DNA of 64,000 bases, from the IMG/VR virus record IMGVR_UViG_3300005805_000054, positions 31,428 to 95,427 of that record, one strand, 5' to 3'. The DNA comes from a virus (taxonomy: Duplodnaviria; Heunggongvirae; Uroviricota; Caudoviricetes). Positions within the stretch are counted from its first letter, which is position 1. Every line of letters starts with the position of its first letter. A model generated the notes under the pieces. It searched no databases. It saw nothing but the letters and a program-made list of their open reading frames with translations, and was not told the origin of the DNA. Both the position numbers and the translations under genes were made by a program. Shown one piece after another: positions 37,462 to 47,254 of the stretch.

Positions 37462-38664
37462 ATGCCAACAGAAACAAAACTAAACCATTGCACTTTTTGT
37501 GATAAACACAAAGATGATGTTAAAAAACTAATTGTTAGTGAGGATGTAGCAATTTGCAGTGATTGTGTAGACCTATGCAATAAATTGATGCTAGACGAGG
37601 AGAATGAAAAACTAGAACCAGTTGAACATAGTGTATCATATGATCCTGAATCTATTAAAGAATTTCTTGACCAGCACATTATTGGACAAGATAGTGCCAA
37701 GAGTGTATTGAGTGTAGCTATTGCTAATCATTATAAACGCATTAACAAGCCACCAAAAGACTTGGAAATCTCTAAAGGTAATGTATTATTGATTGGTCCT
37801 ACTGGTAGCGGTAAAACATTACTTGCTAAGACTGTAGCAAAATACTTGGAAGTTCCCTTCATTGTAGCAGATGCAACAAGTATCACAGAAGCAGGATATG
37901 TAGGTGATGATGTTGAGTCAATGATTAGTATGCTAGTCAATGCCGCCGGCGGTGATCCTAGATTAGCAGAGCGTGGTATTGTGTTTGTTGACGAGATTGA
38001 CAAGATTGCCCGTCGAGGTGAAAGTGCTAGTATCACACGTGATGTATCAGGTGAGGGTGTTCAACAAGCATTGCTTAAGTTAGTTGAAGGTACTATTTGT
38101 CGGATTCCGGCTAGTGGTGGACGTAAGCATCCCGGTGGTGATATGCTTGAGATTAATACCAAAGACATTCTATTCATTGCTGGTGGTGCGTTTGTTGGAT
38201 TAAAAGAAATCATCAACAACCGTGAGAATGGTACAAGCATTGGCTTTGGTGCAGAGATTAAAGACAATCGTAAAGAATCAGAGTTGAATAATGTATCACC
38301 TGATGATTTAGTAAGATTCGGTATGATTCCTGAATTCATTGGTCGTTTTACTACTACAGTAAGTGTGAGCGACTTGACTAAGGATGAACTGATTAAGGTC
38401 CTTAAAGAAGTTAAGAACAACTATATTGACCAATATAAGTATTTGCTCAGTTTAGACAATGTTGCAATAGAGTTTACTGAGGATGCATTGGATCAACTAG
38501 CAGAAAATTGCTTGAAACTAAAGACAGGTGCACGTGGATTGCATACTGAGATTGAGCGCACATTAATGCCTCATATGTTTAACACTAAGACATATCGGAA
38601 AAACAACGTTACAGAGATAAATATAGATAGAGATTTAGTTTTGGAGCCAAAATCAGTAGTATGA
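37462..38664 (+). CDS. clpX: ATP-dependent Clp protease ATP-binding subunit ClpX
   Basis: 400 aa; N-terminal C4 zinc-binding domain (CTFCDK...CSDCVDLC), Walker A LLIGPTGSGKTLLAKT, GYVG pore loop, Walker B FVDEIDK, sensor and IGF-like regions. Confidence 0.85.
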   Translation: MPTETKLNHCTFCDKHKDDVKKLIVSEDVAICSDCVDLCNKLMLDEENEKLEPVEHSVSYDPESIKEFLDQHIIGQDSAKSVLSVAIANHYKRINKPPKDLEISKGNVLLIGPTGSGKTLLAKTVAKYLEVPFIVADATSITEAGYVGDDVESMISMLVNAAGGDPRLAERGIVFVDEIDKIARRGESASITRDVSGEGVQQALLKLVEGTICRIPASGGRKHPGGDMLEINTKDILFIAGGAFVGLKEIINNRENGTSIGFGAEIKDNRKESELNNVSPDDLVRFGMIPEFIGRFTTTVSVSDLTKDELIKVLKEVKNNYIDQYKYLLSLDNVAIEFTEDALDQLAENCLKLKTGARGLHTEIERTLMPHMFNTKTYRKNNVTEINIDRDLVLEPKSVV

Positions 38665-38876
38665 GTGGAAGAAAAGTATTAGTGCAAGACGGTAACTTTG
38701 ACAAAGCATTGCGTAAATTCAAAAAGAAGATTACGGATTCTGGGTTACTGCAGGAAGTTAGGGATAGACAACAATATGTCAAGCCCGCAGTCCAGCGCAA
38801 ACTTGCAAAAAGCCAGGCAAAAAGACGTTGGCAGAAATACTTACGTGACCAAAGTCTTCCTAAGAAAGACTTTTGA
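38661..38876 (+). CDS. rpsU: ribosomal protein bS21 homolog
   Basis: 71 aa; MSGRKVLVQDGNFDKALRKFKKKITDSGLLQEVRDRQQYVKPAVQRKLAKSQAKRRWQK is collinear with bacterial S21 (recalled as [52 protein letters not shown]...). Confidence 0.7.
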   Translation: MSGRKVLVQDGNFDKALRKFKKKITDSGLLQEVRDRQQYVKPAVQRKLAKSQAKRRWQKYLRDQSLPKKDF

Positions 38877-38981
38877 GTTCCAAAATAATAGATTTTTTTG
38901 CGTGTTTTAGTATAATAAATACGTATGTAGATGCCGATGGTCGGGTCTACAACAGTCATAACTTGCTTAATAGGAGAAAAA

Positions 38982-39419
38982 ATGACAAAAACTTTAACCC
39001 TTCGTTCCCTCGACATTCCGTCAATCGCTAAATTTGGTATCGGTTTCGATAACATGTTTGATGAACTTGCACGAATGAATAGTCAACAATCACTTAACTA
39101 TCCCCCATATAACATCGTCAAGAATACCGAAGATTCCTTCGATATTCAAGTAGCTGTATCTGGCTTTAGTCAGGGTGAAATTCAAGTTAACCTTGACAAC
39201 CGTGTATTGACTATCAAGGGACAGAAGAATGAGGAACTCATTGCTGAGTATCTACATAAAGGTATCAGTACACGTGATTTTGTGCGTGAGTTTACACTAG
39301 CAGAACACGTTGAGGTAATCAATGCTTCACAAAAAGATGGTATTTTGACTATTCAACTAGAACGAATTGTTCCGGAAGAAAAGAAGCCAAAAGCTATTGT
39401 TATTACTTACACTAAGTAA
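38982..39419 (+). CDS. small heat-shock protein (Hsp20/alpha-crystallin, IbpA-like)
   Basis: Start at 38982 after AGGAG; YPPYNIVK...FDIQVAVSGFSQGEIQVNLDNRVLTIKGQ...GILTIQLER alpha-crystallin domain. Confidence 0.8.
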   Translation: MTKTLTLRSLDIPSIAKFGIGFDNMFDELARMNSQQSLNYPPYNIVKNTEDSFDIQVAVSGFSQGEIQVNLDNRVLTIKGQKNEELIAEYLHKGISTRDFVREFTLAEHVEVINASQKDGILTIQLERIVPEEKKPKAIVITYTK

Positions 39420-39480
39420 TATAATAGAGGTTCAATAAATAAGTGTGCGGGGGAACTCGCACACATTAACAAAGAAAATT

Positions 39481-39798
39481 ATGTCTAAAACTGATACTAA
39501 AACTGATACTAAAATTAAAATCAAACCTAATCTTGCTTTAAGAGAGCCTCCATTGTATAAAATCATTTATATCAATGATGAAGTGACCAGCATGAATTTT
39601 GTCGTAAACAGCTTGATTAGTTATTTTAATTATAACGAAGATACAGCTACATTATTAACGCATAACATTCATAGTGAAGGTAGTGCCATCGTAGCTGTAT
39701 TGCCCTATGAAATTGCAGAACAACGCGGAATTGAAGTTACACTAGACGCACGTAGTCAAGGTTTCCCGCTACAAATCAAAGTAGAAGCTGAAGCTTAA
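39481..39798 (+). CDS. clpS: ClpS-like Clp protease adaptor
   Basis: LYKIIYINDEVTSMNFVVNSLISYF...ATLLTHNIHSEGSAIVAVLPYEIAEQ matches the ClpS core; N-terminal TDTKTDTK tandem repeat. Confidence 0.6.
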   Translation: MSKTDTKTDTKIKIKPNLALREPPLYKIIYINDEVTSMNFVVNSLISYFNYNEDTATLLTHNIHSEGSAIVAVLPYEIAEQRGIEVTLDARSQGFPLQIKVEAEA

Positions 39799-40502
39799 AT
39801 TTCTATATCTATTCGCTTAGGCCAATAAGGCTCTTTGCCGAAACAAGAATTGTTGATATAATTTATATTGTCTATAGTTGTGTCAACAATCTTATCATAA
39901 CTCCCGTAAACCCAATGACTGACTTTAAATTCAGTATCGCTAAGTAATGTATCTTTTAGCGCAAAATACTCTGATATATTGTGCGGTTCTTCTCCAAAGA
40001 ACAGTTCGGGGCTAGGTGCTGAATGTGTGACTACTAGGATCTTTTTCACATCTAGATGTAATTGTAGCTTTCCTAAACTAAGTCCTAGATATTGAATATC
40101 TTCCATGTGCTGTGCATGAAGATGGAGTTTTTCTAACTCTGAATCTAGTTCCATTTCTATCTTATTTACATACCAGCCGTTGCAGCCAAGTATTGCAATT
40201 CCGTTGATTATTACAACATGCTTGTGTAGATATGCGACATTTGCTATAGTCCTACACAATTTGTTTAATTCATCATGGCGGTGTTTTACAAAGTGCATAG
40301 ATTCGTGTTCAGACGAACCTGCTATGTAAAACACCCCTTGATAAAATCTACTCAAATGAAGCAGTGTTTGATGTACTACTCGCAAGTTATTGCTAATATT
40401 ACCGGCTATAACTAGGTACAGGCTAGTAGCCTTCCCGTCCCAGTTAAATTCATCTTCAGCGTCCAGATTAAGGTCGCTGATAACATCAAACCCTATTTTC
40501 AT
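39795..40502 (-). CDS. calcineurin-like metallophosphoesterase-like protein (motifs degenerate)
   Basis: 235 aa; ISDLNL / AGNISN / GSSEHE / VVTHSAP resemble phosphoesterase motifs I-IV with substitutions. Confidence 0.4.
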   Translation of the reverse strand: MKIGFDVISDLNLDAEDEFNWDGKATSLYLVIAGNISNNLRVVHQTLLHLSRFYQGVFYIAGSSEHESMHFVKHRHDELNKLCRTIANVAYLHKHVVIINGIAILGCNGWYVNKIEMELDSELEKLHLHAQHMEDIQYLGLSLGKLQLHLDVKKILVVTHSAPSPELFFGEEPHNISEYFALKDTLLSDTEFKVSHWVYGSYDKIVDTTIDNINYINNSCFGKEPYWPKRIDIEI

Positions 40503-40834
40503 TAAGCCTGAGGCTTAGCCTTAGTTGCTCTTGGCTTAGCAGGGGCTTTTGCTTTTGTAGCTGCCGGAGCTTTTGCTTTTGCTGGTGCTCTAGGCTTTGC
40601 CGGTGCTTTGGCTTTTACAGGTTTAACTGCCTCTACAACCAAAGGAATCGGTGTAGTTGCGGCTGGCTCCGGTACTTTGTACGGGGCAGTGACATTATCC
40701 GGGGCAGATGTGACTACTTCATCTGGTTTCTTCTCATCACGGATGAAAAACCACCAAAGTGCGCCACCCAAAAATACTAATGCTACAATAATTTCCATTT
40801 GAATTCTCCTAAACATATATTTAATCGGATTCAT
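40502..40834 (-). CDS. membrane-anchored protein with Pro/Ala/Lys (KAPAK) repeat tail
   Basis: 110 aa; N-terminal TM (IIVALVFLGGALWWFFI), then AKAPAKPRAPAKAKAPAATKAKAPAKPRATKAKPQA low-complexity tail (TonB/H1-like). Confidence 0.45.
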   Translation of the reverse strand: MNPIKYMFRRIQMEIIVALVFLGGALWWFFIRDEKKPDEVVTSAPDNVTAPYKVPEPAATTPIPLVVEAVKPVKAKAPAKPRAPAKAKAPAATKAKAPAKPRATKAKPQA

Positions 40835-40898
40835 TCCATAAACTTTTTTTCCTGATAACTGTGTAGTTTCTGCGATGGAATAGTATTATAAATACATC

Positions 40899-41390
40899 AT
40901 GTTCAGAAAAGCTAATCTCGCCGAACTTATGCGTGAGGAGTTACCTCCTATAGCATATCAAAAACGTCTTTGTTATAGGACCGACTATAACGAAGTAGTA
41001 TCACTTTATCGTTTAATTAATAAGACGATTTTCAACAATAAACTAATCATGCCTGAGATTGAGGTTATGCCCCGTTGTAGAAAATACTGGGGAATGTGCT
41101 ACGGTGCAACTACTATGCCCACTAAGTCTAAAAGCTATTGTAAAATTAGAATGATGGACAAATGGTATTGCCGTCAATGGTTAATTACTATATTAGCACA
41201 TGAAATGTGTCACCAATATCAGTGGGATGTTGAGGGTCTAAAAAGACTTCATATAGGAAAAGAACCTATTATGAGTCATGGACCTAGTTTCTTTATATTC
41301 CGAGACAAATTAAAGAAATATGGAATCTGTTTAAAAAGCGCACATAGCAGACGCAGATGGTTCCTACATCAAAACTTGTTTAAGTGTTAA
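40899..41390 (+). CDS. SprT-like zinc metallopeptidase domain protein
   Basis: 163 aa; ITILAHEMCHQYQW contains the HExxH motif in a SprT-like context. Confidence 0.5.
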   Translation: MFRKANLAELMREELPPIAYQKRLCYRTDYNEVVSLYRLINKTIFNNKLIMPEIEVMPRCRKYWGMCYGATTMPTKSKSYCKIRMMDKWYCRQWLITILAHEMCHQYQWDVEGLKRLHIGKEPIMSHGPSFFIFRDKLKKYGICLKSAHSRRRWFLHQNLFKC

Positions 41391-42494
41391 TTATTTTAAG
41401 TTTGGATTGTCTACGACATTGCCAAACTGGTCAACAAGAATAACATCTTTCTTTCCCGTCTTACCAATACCGCGAGTTAATGTCACACCTAGAGGACGAA
41501 TACCCGCAATGCCTAATGCGCCTCCGTTACGGGTACTATCATTACGTAGTAACCAAACCATCATGTGACTTTCTGGGATCTCAGCGGCATTAGTAATAAC
41601 AGCATGACATTGAACCGTGACGTTATTATCTACTTGCTTGAAATGCTCTGGCTTGAATGTTTGAACGACAACACCTCCTTTAGGATTTAAGTCATTACCA
41701 AATACAGCACTCAATGCCTCTTGTTCAGTTGGCTCCATGACAATCTCTTTAGATAACGCATAAACAGGAACGGGGCCCGACTTCATTTTGCGTTCGCCAA
41801 CTGGCTGTAATTTTACGATACCATCTTTGATTAGTTTGTCTAATATAGAACGAGCCCGTTGACCAAACATATTATCAGCACTTTCCCACATATCCGCATC
41901 TAGCTTTTTAATACTGATTGGCAAACTGCCTCTTTCACTGGTCAATACCACATCAGCTTTCTTGCGGTCTGCCGTGTCACGACCGGCAACTTCAACATTT
42001 GTACAGTTACGAATAGTCATTTTCTTACCACGTGGATCAACGAATGTAACATTAGCCGAACCATATTTCTGAATCAATGACTGTAGCAAACTAGCCATTT
42101 CTAATTCATTAGCAACACCGGCACTATTATCACCTTGCTTGCCCGTGTCTTTAACCACAACTGTAATTGGACTATTACTGAATACAACTCCGCCCAAACT
42201 ACTGATACCTGGATCAGCACTATATTCTGCGTCTCCTTCGGGAAGTTGTTTTTGTAAGATTGCTAAAATTTCATTAAGTATGGCAGTACGGAACTCATTT
42301 TTCTTTTGTCCAGCTGGGATTTGAACCAATACATTAATCTTGTTTCCGTTTGGTTTCAAATCTTCATAACCATTCTTACGAAGAATCTGTTCAACTTGAC
42401 CCTTAGTCACAGGTTGGGGTTGAATATCAACTTTACCAGCGGTTGGTTGGGCGGCTCTTTCTACCAAAGTTCTTGCAAATTCGTTGTATCTCAT
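41391..42494 (-). CDS. hypothetical protein
   Basis: 367 aa minus-strand ORF between the SprT-like gene and clpP; no recognised motifs. Confidence 0.5.
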   Translation of the reverse strand: MRYNEFARTLVERAAQPTAGKVDIQPQPVTKGQVEQILRKNGYEDLKPNGNKINVLVQIPAGQKKNEFRTAILNEILAILQKQLPEGDAEYSADPGISSLGGVVFSNSPITVVVKDTGKQGDNSAGVANELEMASLLQSLIQKYGSANVTFVDPRGKKMTIRNCTNVEVAGRDTADRKKADVVLTSERGSLPISIKKLDADMWESADNMFGQRARSILDKLIKDGIVKLQPVGERKMKSGPVPVYALSKEIVMEPTEQEALSAVFGNDLNPKGGVVVQTFKPEHFKQVDNNVTVQCHAVITNAAEIPESHMMVWLLRNDSTRNGGALGIAGIRPLGVTLTRGIGKTGKKDVILVDQFGNVVDNPNLK

Positions 42495-42575
42495 ATATAA
42501 TATCTCAAAGAGTTAATGAAGTGATAATTATATCACCGATTCTATATTTATCGAAAATTTTATAAAAGGAAACTT

Positions 42576-43163
42576 ATGAGTCTAGTCCCAATCGTCATTG
42601 AACAAACAGCTAAAGGTGAGCGTAGTTATGACATTTACAGCCGTCTATTGCGTGACCGTGTTATTTTGCTTGAGGGCGAAGTGCATGACCAAATGGCGAA
42701 CTTGATTGTTGCCCAGCTACTGTTCTTGGAATCTGAGGGTGAGAAGGATATCTCAATGTACATTAATAGCCCAGGAGGTAGCGTAACTGCTGGTATGGCT
42801 ATCTATGATTGTATGCAATTCATCAAACCCGATGTGCAGACAATCGTTATGGGACAAGCATGTTCAATGGGTAGTTTGCTTGCTAATGCAGGTGCACCCG
42901 GCAAACGTATGATGTTGCCAAACGCACGACACATGATTCATCAACCCAGTGGTGGTGCCCGAGGTATGCAAAGTGACATTGAAATCAGCTACAAAGAAAT
43001 CACATACTTGAAAAAGCGATTGACTGATATCTATGTCAAGCACAACAGTGCAGGAAAGACATATGAAGAATTTGAACGGGATATGGATCGTGACAAGTTT
43101 ATGAGTGCTGACGAAGCATTAGCATATGGTCTAATCGACAAAATCATCGATAAACGCAATTAA
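42576..43163 (+). CDS. clpP: ATP-dependent Clp protease proteolytic subunit ClpP
   Basis: 195 aa; [34 protein letters not shown] (Ser), [19 protein letters not shown] (His) catalytic-triad context. Confidence 0.9.
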   Translation: MSLVPIVIEQTAKGERSYDIYSRLLRDRVILLEGEVHDQMANLIVAQLLFLESEGEKDISMYINSPGGSVTAGMAIYDCMQFIKPDVQTIVMGQACSMGSLLANAGAPGKRMMLPNARHMIHQPSGGARGMQSDIEISYKEITYLKKRLTDIYVKHNSAGKTYEEFERDMDRDKFMSADEALAYGLIDKIIDKRN

Positions 43164-43235
43164 ACACACTTTACCCATCTTATAGTCAGTATTTTTCTAA
43201 TCATAAATACAATATGACTAACAGATGGGTAACCC

Positions 43236-46106
43236 ATGGATGATTTAGATCCGCGTAAATTATACGAACTTTCGGAATCTCTTAACGAACTTACCGGTAC
43301 AGTAAAATATACCGATGAGGCAATGCGGTCCATGCTGGGACCTCAAGCCGAGGCCAACAAGAAGCTAAAAGAATCCGGCAAAGCTAGATCCGATGTAGAG
43401 GCGGCCGGGGCAGAACAGCGGAATAAAGAGTTAAACAAACAAGCAGAAGCTGAAGGTAAACAACAGAAACTATTTGAAGATGAACTGCGCTATCGAGGTT
43501 ATAAGCTAGATGCAACCAACAACTTAAGCAAAACAACCACAGAGCTTTCTGTAGCTCAAAAACAATCACTTGAAACATTAGATAAGCGCATTAGCAAAGA
43601 GCGTGAACTTGCTAGGGCTGCCGAAGACCCAGTCAAGGAGTTTAGACGCCTAAGCACCAGTGTCAACAGTCTTGATGGCATTATGGGTAAGTTGCAAGAG
43701 GGTATGTTTGAGATGACCGGCAAGAGTGTGGGCTGGGCAGCTAGCCTCACCTTAGTTACGTCAATTTTCAGTGGAGTTACTAAAGCCGCTATGGGAATGG
43801 CTGAATCCTTGTTCAATGGTGAGCGTGGTGCCAAAGTTGGCGCCAAGGCAATGAAGGATTTGAACGGGACAGTATCCAAAGCCTTATACTTAATCGGTGG
43901 GGTGATGATGTTCACCGGTGTCGGTACTGCTGTAAAGATATTAGGTGGTGTCGTTGCCGCATTTGGATTTGCGTTAGAAAAATCGACTAAACTCATTGAG
44001 ATGGGTGCAGAGTATAACGATAAGGTATACGATTCATTCAACAAACTAAGTGAAGTAGGACTAACAACGTCAAAGGGCATGAGTGGTGTTAGTACTACCT
44101 TAGAAAAATTAAACTTAACCAGTGCTGAAATTGAAAAATTCAATTCACTATTAGTATCTGGATCAAAAGATTTAGCATTGTTTGGTGGAACTGCATCTAG
44201 TGGATTAGAAAAATTTGCAGGTGTAGCAAATCAAATCACAGGTCTTGAAGGGCCGGCTAAGGAACTTAACAGAAAGTTATTGTTACTTGGTATATCAAGT
44301 GACGAACAAAGAGAACATACATTAAAGTACATGGCCTTGCAAACACGCATGGGCATGGCGCAAGGCAAAACCCAAGCTGATTTAGTTAAAGGTTCTGTTG
44401 CCTACATGGAAGAACTAGATAGAATTGCCGCTATTACTGGTATAGGTCGTAAAGAACAAGAAGAAGCACAGAAGCAGGTAATGGCAATTGAAGAACTGCG
44501 CGCCGCTATGTACCAGGCTGAAAAGTCAGGTGATACTAAACGACAAGCAGAATTAGAGCAGGCAATGAAATACTCTACCCGCTTAATGGCAGAGGGTAGA
44601 AAGAAAGAAGCAGCCGGTGTTGCTAAGTATTATGCCGCAGGTAAAAATGTTATTGATGCTGAGTCTGCAATGGCAATGCAAAATAGTGCAGGTGCTATTG
44701 AAGCTATTAGTAAAGGTAAGAAAGGTGAAGTCGTTTATCAAGCAGGTATTGAAAGTGCAAGAGAATCTGCAAAACGAACGGCCGGTACAAAACGAATTGG
44801 TGGTGATGTATCTAATTTAATTGGTGACTTTAACGCTACACTTGATGCTATTAAAGCTAGTGACAAACTACAAGCTGAGGTTAAAAAATCAGGTTTAACT
44901 CCGGAAGCATATGCTAAAAAAATTCAAGAAGATAAACAAAAAGGCGATGATGAGGTATTAAAGAAAAATGTAGAAGCTATACAGATTCAACAGAAGGCTG
45001 GCTTGAATTTTGACCAAGCTGCCAAACTTATGGACGGTGCCGGTCTTGCAATGGCTTCATCAGTTAAAGCATTTAATGAAGCAGTAAAATTATTTCAACA
45101 AGCTTCCGGTACTGGCCCAACACAAGGTGCAGGAGTAGAGAAAGCTAGACAGGCAGATACCGCGGCATTGAATAAACAACAAGCCGCAATGGATGCTAAT
45201 AAGAAAACACAATCTGATCCTAATGCTACTGCAAAACAAAAAGCAGAAGCACAAAAAGCAGAGGATGATGCCAATAAAGAATCAATGAAGGCAATGGCGG
45301 CTAAGAGAGAAGCCTTGTTCAAAGAACAAAATGAGTTGCGTGAGTTAAACAAAAAACAACGTGGTGCTGGCAAAGAAGTCTTTAAGACTATGGAAGACGC
45401 ACGAAAGGCTGGTGCGGCGCCGGCTGCTCCGGCAGCAGAACCGGTAGCAATGGGAAATGAAGGTAGAAGAGGATCAACACCCTCACCTAGTAGTGCATCA
45501 GAGGCTCATAGTGAGGGAGAATCAGGTAAGGCAGCGGAACCAACTGCGCCAAAGACGGCTCCACCTGTACCATTAAAATCAAGCTCAACTAAATCTGATT
45601 TATTGATAGCAAACGAACCGGTCACTGCTGATAAGCCATTAAGTATGGCACAACTGGCAGCAATAGAATTATCATTAGGTTCTGGTAACTCTTATCCTGC
45701 TCATGTCATGGATAAGTATAACAGTCAGAAAGCAAATAAAGCTTCTCCTGTTGCCCCGACTTCTTCTGAAACAATACCTATTAACAAAGCCGATATCGGT
45801 GGTGTCTTTGATGGTCCTGGTAAGAATTCAGTAATGCTAAACAGCAGTAGCATGCCTGCTAACGATATACTAACTTCATTAAGAGAATCATTTGGTAGTG
45901 TGCAAAAGAAGTCAATTGAGAGTGAAGTACCAAAATTAACTAAATTTAATACGATGTCACTAGGTGGCAGGGGAGGCTCTAGTAGTTCAATGGACATACT
46001 AGAAAGATTTACCGACATTATGGAACAAAAAATGTCTGATGTGATAGATGCCATCTCCGATAACAACAATATTAAAGAAGAAATACTATTGTACTCCAAA
46101 GCATAA
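43236..46106 (+). CDS. large coiled-coil protein with hydrophobic segments (tape-measure-like / injected structural protein?)
   Basis: 956 aa; extended coiled-coil, two hydrophobic stretches (AASLTLVTSIFSGV, YLIGGVMMFTGVGTAVKILGGVVAAFGFAL), Pro/Ala/Ser-rich disordered C-terminal region. Confidence 0.55.
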   Translation: MDDLDPRKLYELSESLNELTGTVKYTDEAMRSMLGPQAEANKKLKESGKARSDVEAAGAEQRNKELNKQAEAEGKQQKLFEDELRYRGYKLDATNNLSKTTTELSVAQKQSLETLDKRISKERELARAAEDPVKEFRRLSTSVNSLDGIMGKLQEGMFEMTGKSVGWAASLTLVTSIFSGVTKAAMGMAESLFNGERGAKVGAKAMKDLNGTVSKALYLIGGVMMFTGVGTAVKILGGVVAAFGFALEKSTKLIEMGAEYNDKVYDSFNKLSEVGLTTSKGMSGVSTTLEKLNLTSAEIEKFNSLLVSGSKDLALFGGTASSGLEKFAGVANQITGLEGPAKELNRKLLLLGISSDEQREHTLKYMALQTRMGMAQGKTQADLVKGSVAYMEELDRIAAITGIGRKEQEEAQKQVMAIEELRAAMYQAEKSGDTKRQAELEQAMKYSTRLMAEGRKKEAAGVAKYYAAGKNVIDAESAMAMQNSAGAIEAISKGKKGEVVYQAGIESARESAKRTAGTKRIGGDVSNLIGDFNATLDAIKASDKLQAEVKKSGLTPEAYAKKIQEDKQKGDDEVLKKNVEAIQIQQKAGLNFDQAAKLMDGAGLAMASSVKAFNEAVKLFQQASGTGPTQGAGVEKARQADTAALNKQQAAMDANKKTQSDPNATAKQKAEAQKAEDDANKESMKAMAAKREALFKEQNELRELNKKQRGAGKEVFKTMEDARKAGAAPAAPAAEPVAMGNEGRRGSTPSPSSASEAHSEGESGKAAEPTAPKTAPPVPLKSSSTKSDLLIANEPVTADKPLSMAQLAAIELSLGSGNSYPAHVMDKYNSQKANKASPVAPTSSETIPINKADIGGVFDGPGKNSVMLNSSSMPANDILTSLRESFGSVQKKSIESEVPKLTKFNTMSLGGRGGSSSSMDILERFTDIMEQKMSDVIDAISDNNNIKEEILLYSKA

Positions 46107-46126
46107 TTCTTAGCATAGTCACATAA

Positions 46127-46144
46127 TTGTCATCGTACTGTCAT
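46127..46144 (+). promoter_or_regulatory. Pho box (PhoB binding site) upstream of pstS
   Basis: TTGTCAT-cgta-CTGTCAT: two 7-bp direct repeats with a 4-bp spacer, about 50 bp upstream of the pstS ATG. Confidence 0.6.
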
Positions 46145-46193
46145 ATTTCCTGAAGTAAATACTTGTGTAATAAACACACAAGGAGACTATTAC

Positions 46194-47201
46194 ATGAAAA
46201 AACTAACAGCATTAGTAGGTGCATTACTAATATCAACGGTCGCATTTAGTGCAGACATCACAGGAGCAGGTGCTACCTTCCCATTCCCGATCTATGCTAA
46301 GTGGGCTGAAGGCTACAAAAAAGCTACAGGCACAGGCATGAACTATCAAAGCATTGGAAGTTCGGGCGGCATTAGACAAATCAACGCAAAGACAGTAGAA
46401 TTTGGTGCTACAGATGCTCCAGTAAGCGGAGAGAATTTAGACAAGATGGGTCAAGTTCAGTTTCCTGCTATCATCGGCGGAACAGTGCCTGTAGTAAACT
46501 TAGACGGATTCAAGCCCGGCGAACTACGCATCACCGGACCTGTTATGGCTGAAGTGTTTATGGGCAATATTAATCGTTGGAATGACCCTAAACTAGTAGC
46601 ACTAAATCCAGGTAAGAATTTGCCTAATACAGAGATAACTATTGTACATCGTGCTGATGGCAGTGGCACAACATTCAACTGGACCGATTACTTGGCTACA
46701 GTCAGTCCAGAGTGGTTACAGCGTGTTGGTCGTGGCGCCGCAGTTAAGTGGCCAGCTGCTACATCAGTAGGTGGCAAGGGCAATGAAGGTGTTGCAGCCA
46801 ACGTCAACAGAATCAAAGGTTCAATTGGTTATGTAGAGTATGCTTATGTTAAGAAAAACAACATGACGTTCCTACAATTACAAAACAAGAGTGGTAAGTA
46901 TGTTAGTCCAGATGACTTAACATTTGCCGCAGCCGCTGACGGTGCTGATTGGTTCAGTGTTCCGGGTATGGGACTGAGTATTGTGGATCAAAAGAATCCT
47001 AATGCTTGGCCAGTAAGTTCGGCAAGTTTTATTATCATGTACAAAGAACCAAAGAACAAAGCTACTAGTGATGAAGTGTTAAAGTTTTTTGATTGGGCAT
47101 TTAAGAATGGTAAGAAAGATGCTGTAGATTTAGATTACGTGCCTTTACCAGATGCACTAACAAAGCAGATCCGTGAGCGTGTTTGGACACAGATAAAATA
47201 A
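46194..47201 (+). CDS. pstS: phosphate ABC transporter substrate-binding protein PstS
   Basis: 335 aa; signal peptide; GAGATFPFPIYAKWAEGYKKATG...YQSIGSSGGI...FGATDAP signature of PstS. Confidence 0.85.
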   Translation: MKKLTALVGALLISTVAFSADITGAGATFPFPIYAKWAEGYKKATGTGMNYQSIGSSGGIRQINAKTVEFGATDAPVSGENLDKMGQVQFPAIIGGTVPVVNLDGFKPGELRITGPVMAEVFMGNINRWNDPKLVALNPGKNLPNTEITIVHRADGSGTTFNWTDYLATVSPEWLQRVGRGAAVKWPAATSVGGKGNEGVAANVNRIKGSIGYVEYAYVKKNNMTFLQLQNKSGKYVSPDDLTFAAAADGADWFSVPGMGLSIVDQKNPNAWPVSSASFIIMYKEPKNKATSDEVLKFFDWAFKNGKKDAVDLDYVPLPDALTKQIRERVWTQIK

Positions 47202-47213
47202 CTGACTTTTAAC

Positions 47214-47245
47214 AAAAAAGGCCCCAAACAAAGGGGCTTTTTTAT
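47214..47245 (+). terminator. rho-independent terminator
   Basis: aaaaaaggccccaaacaaaggggctttttta. Confidence 0.7.
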
Positions 47246-47254
47246 GCCCAATAT

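Noticed and set aside
38890-38930. Possible late-type promoter (TATAATAAATA) upstream of the Hsp20 gene
   Set aside because: Only a partial match to TATAAATA and an overlapping sigma70-like -10. Not distinguishable without transcript mapping.
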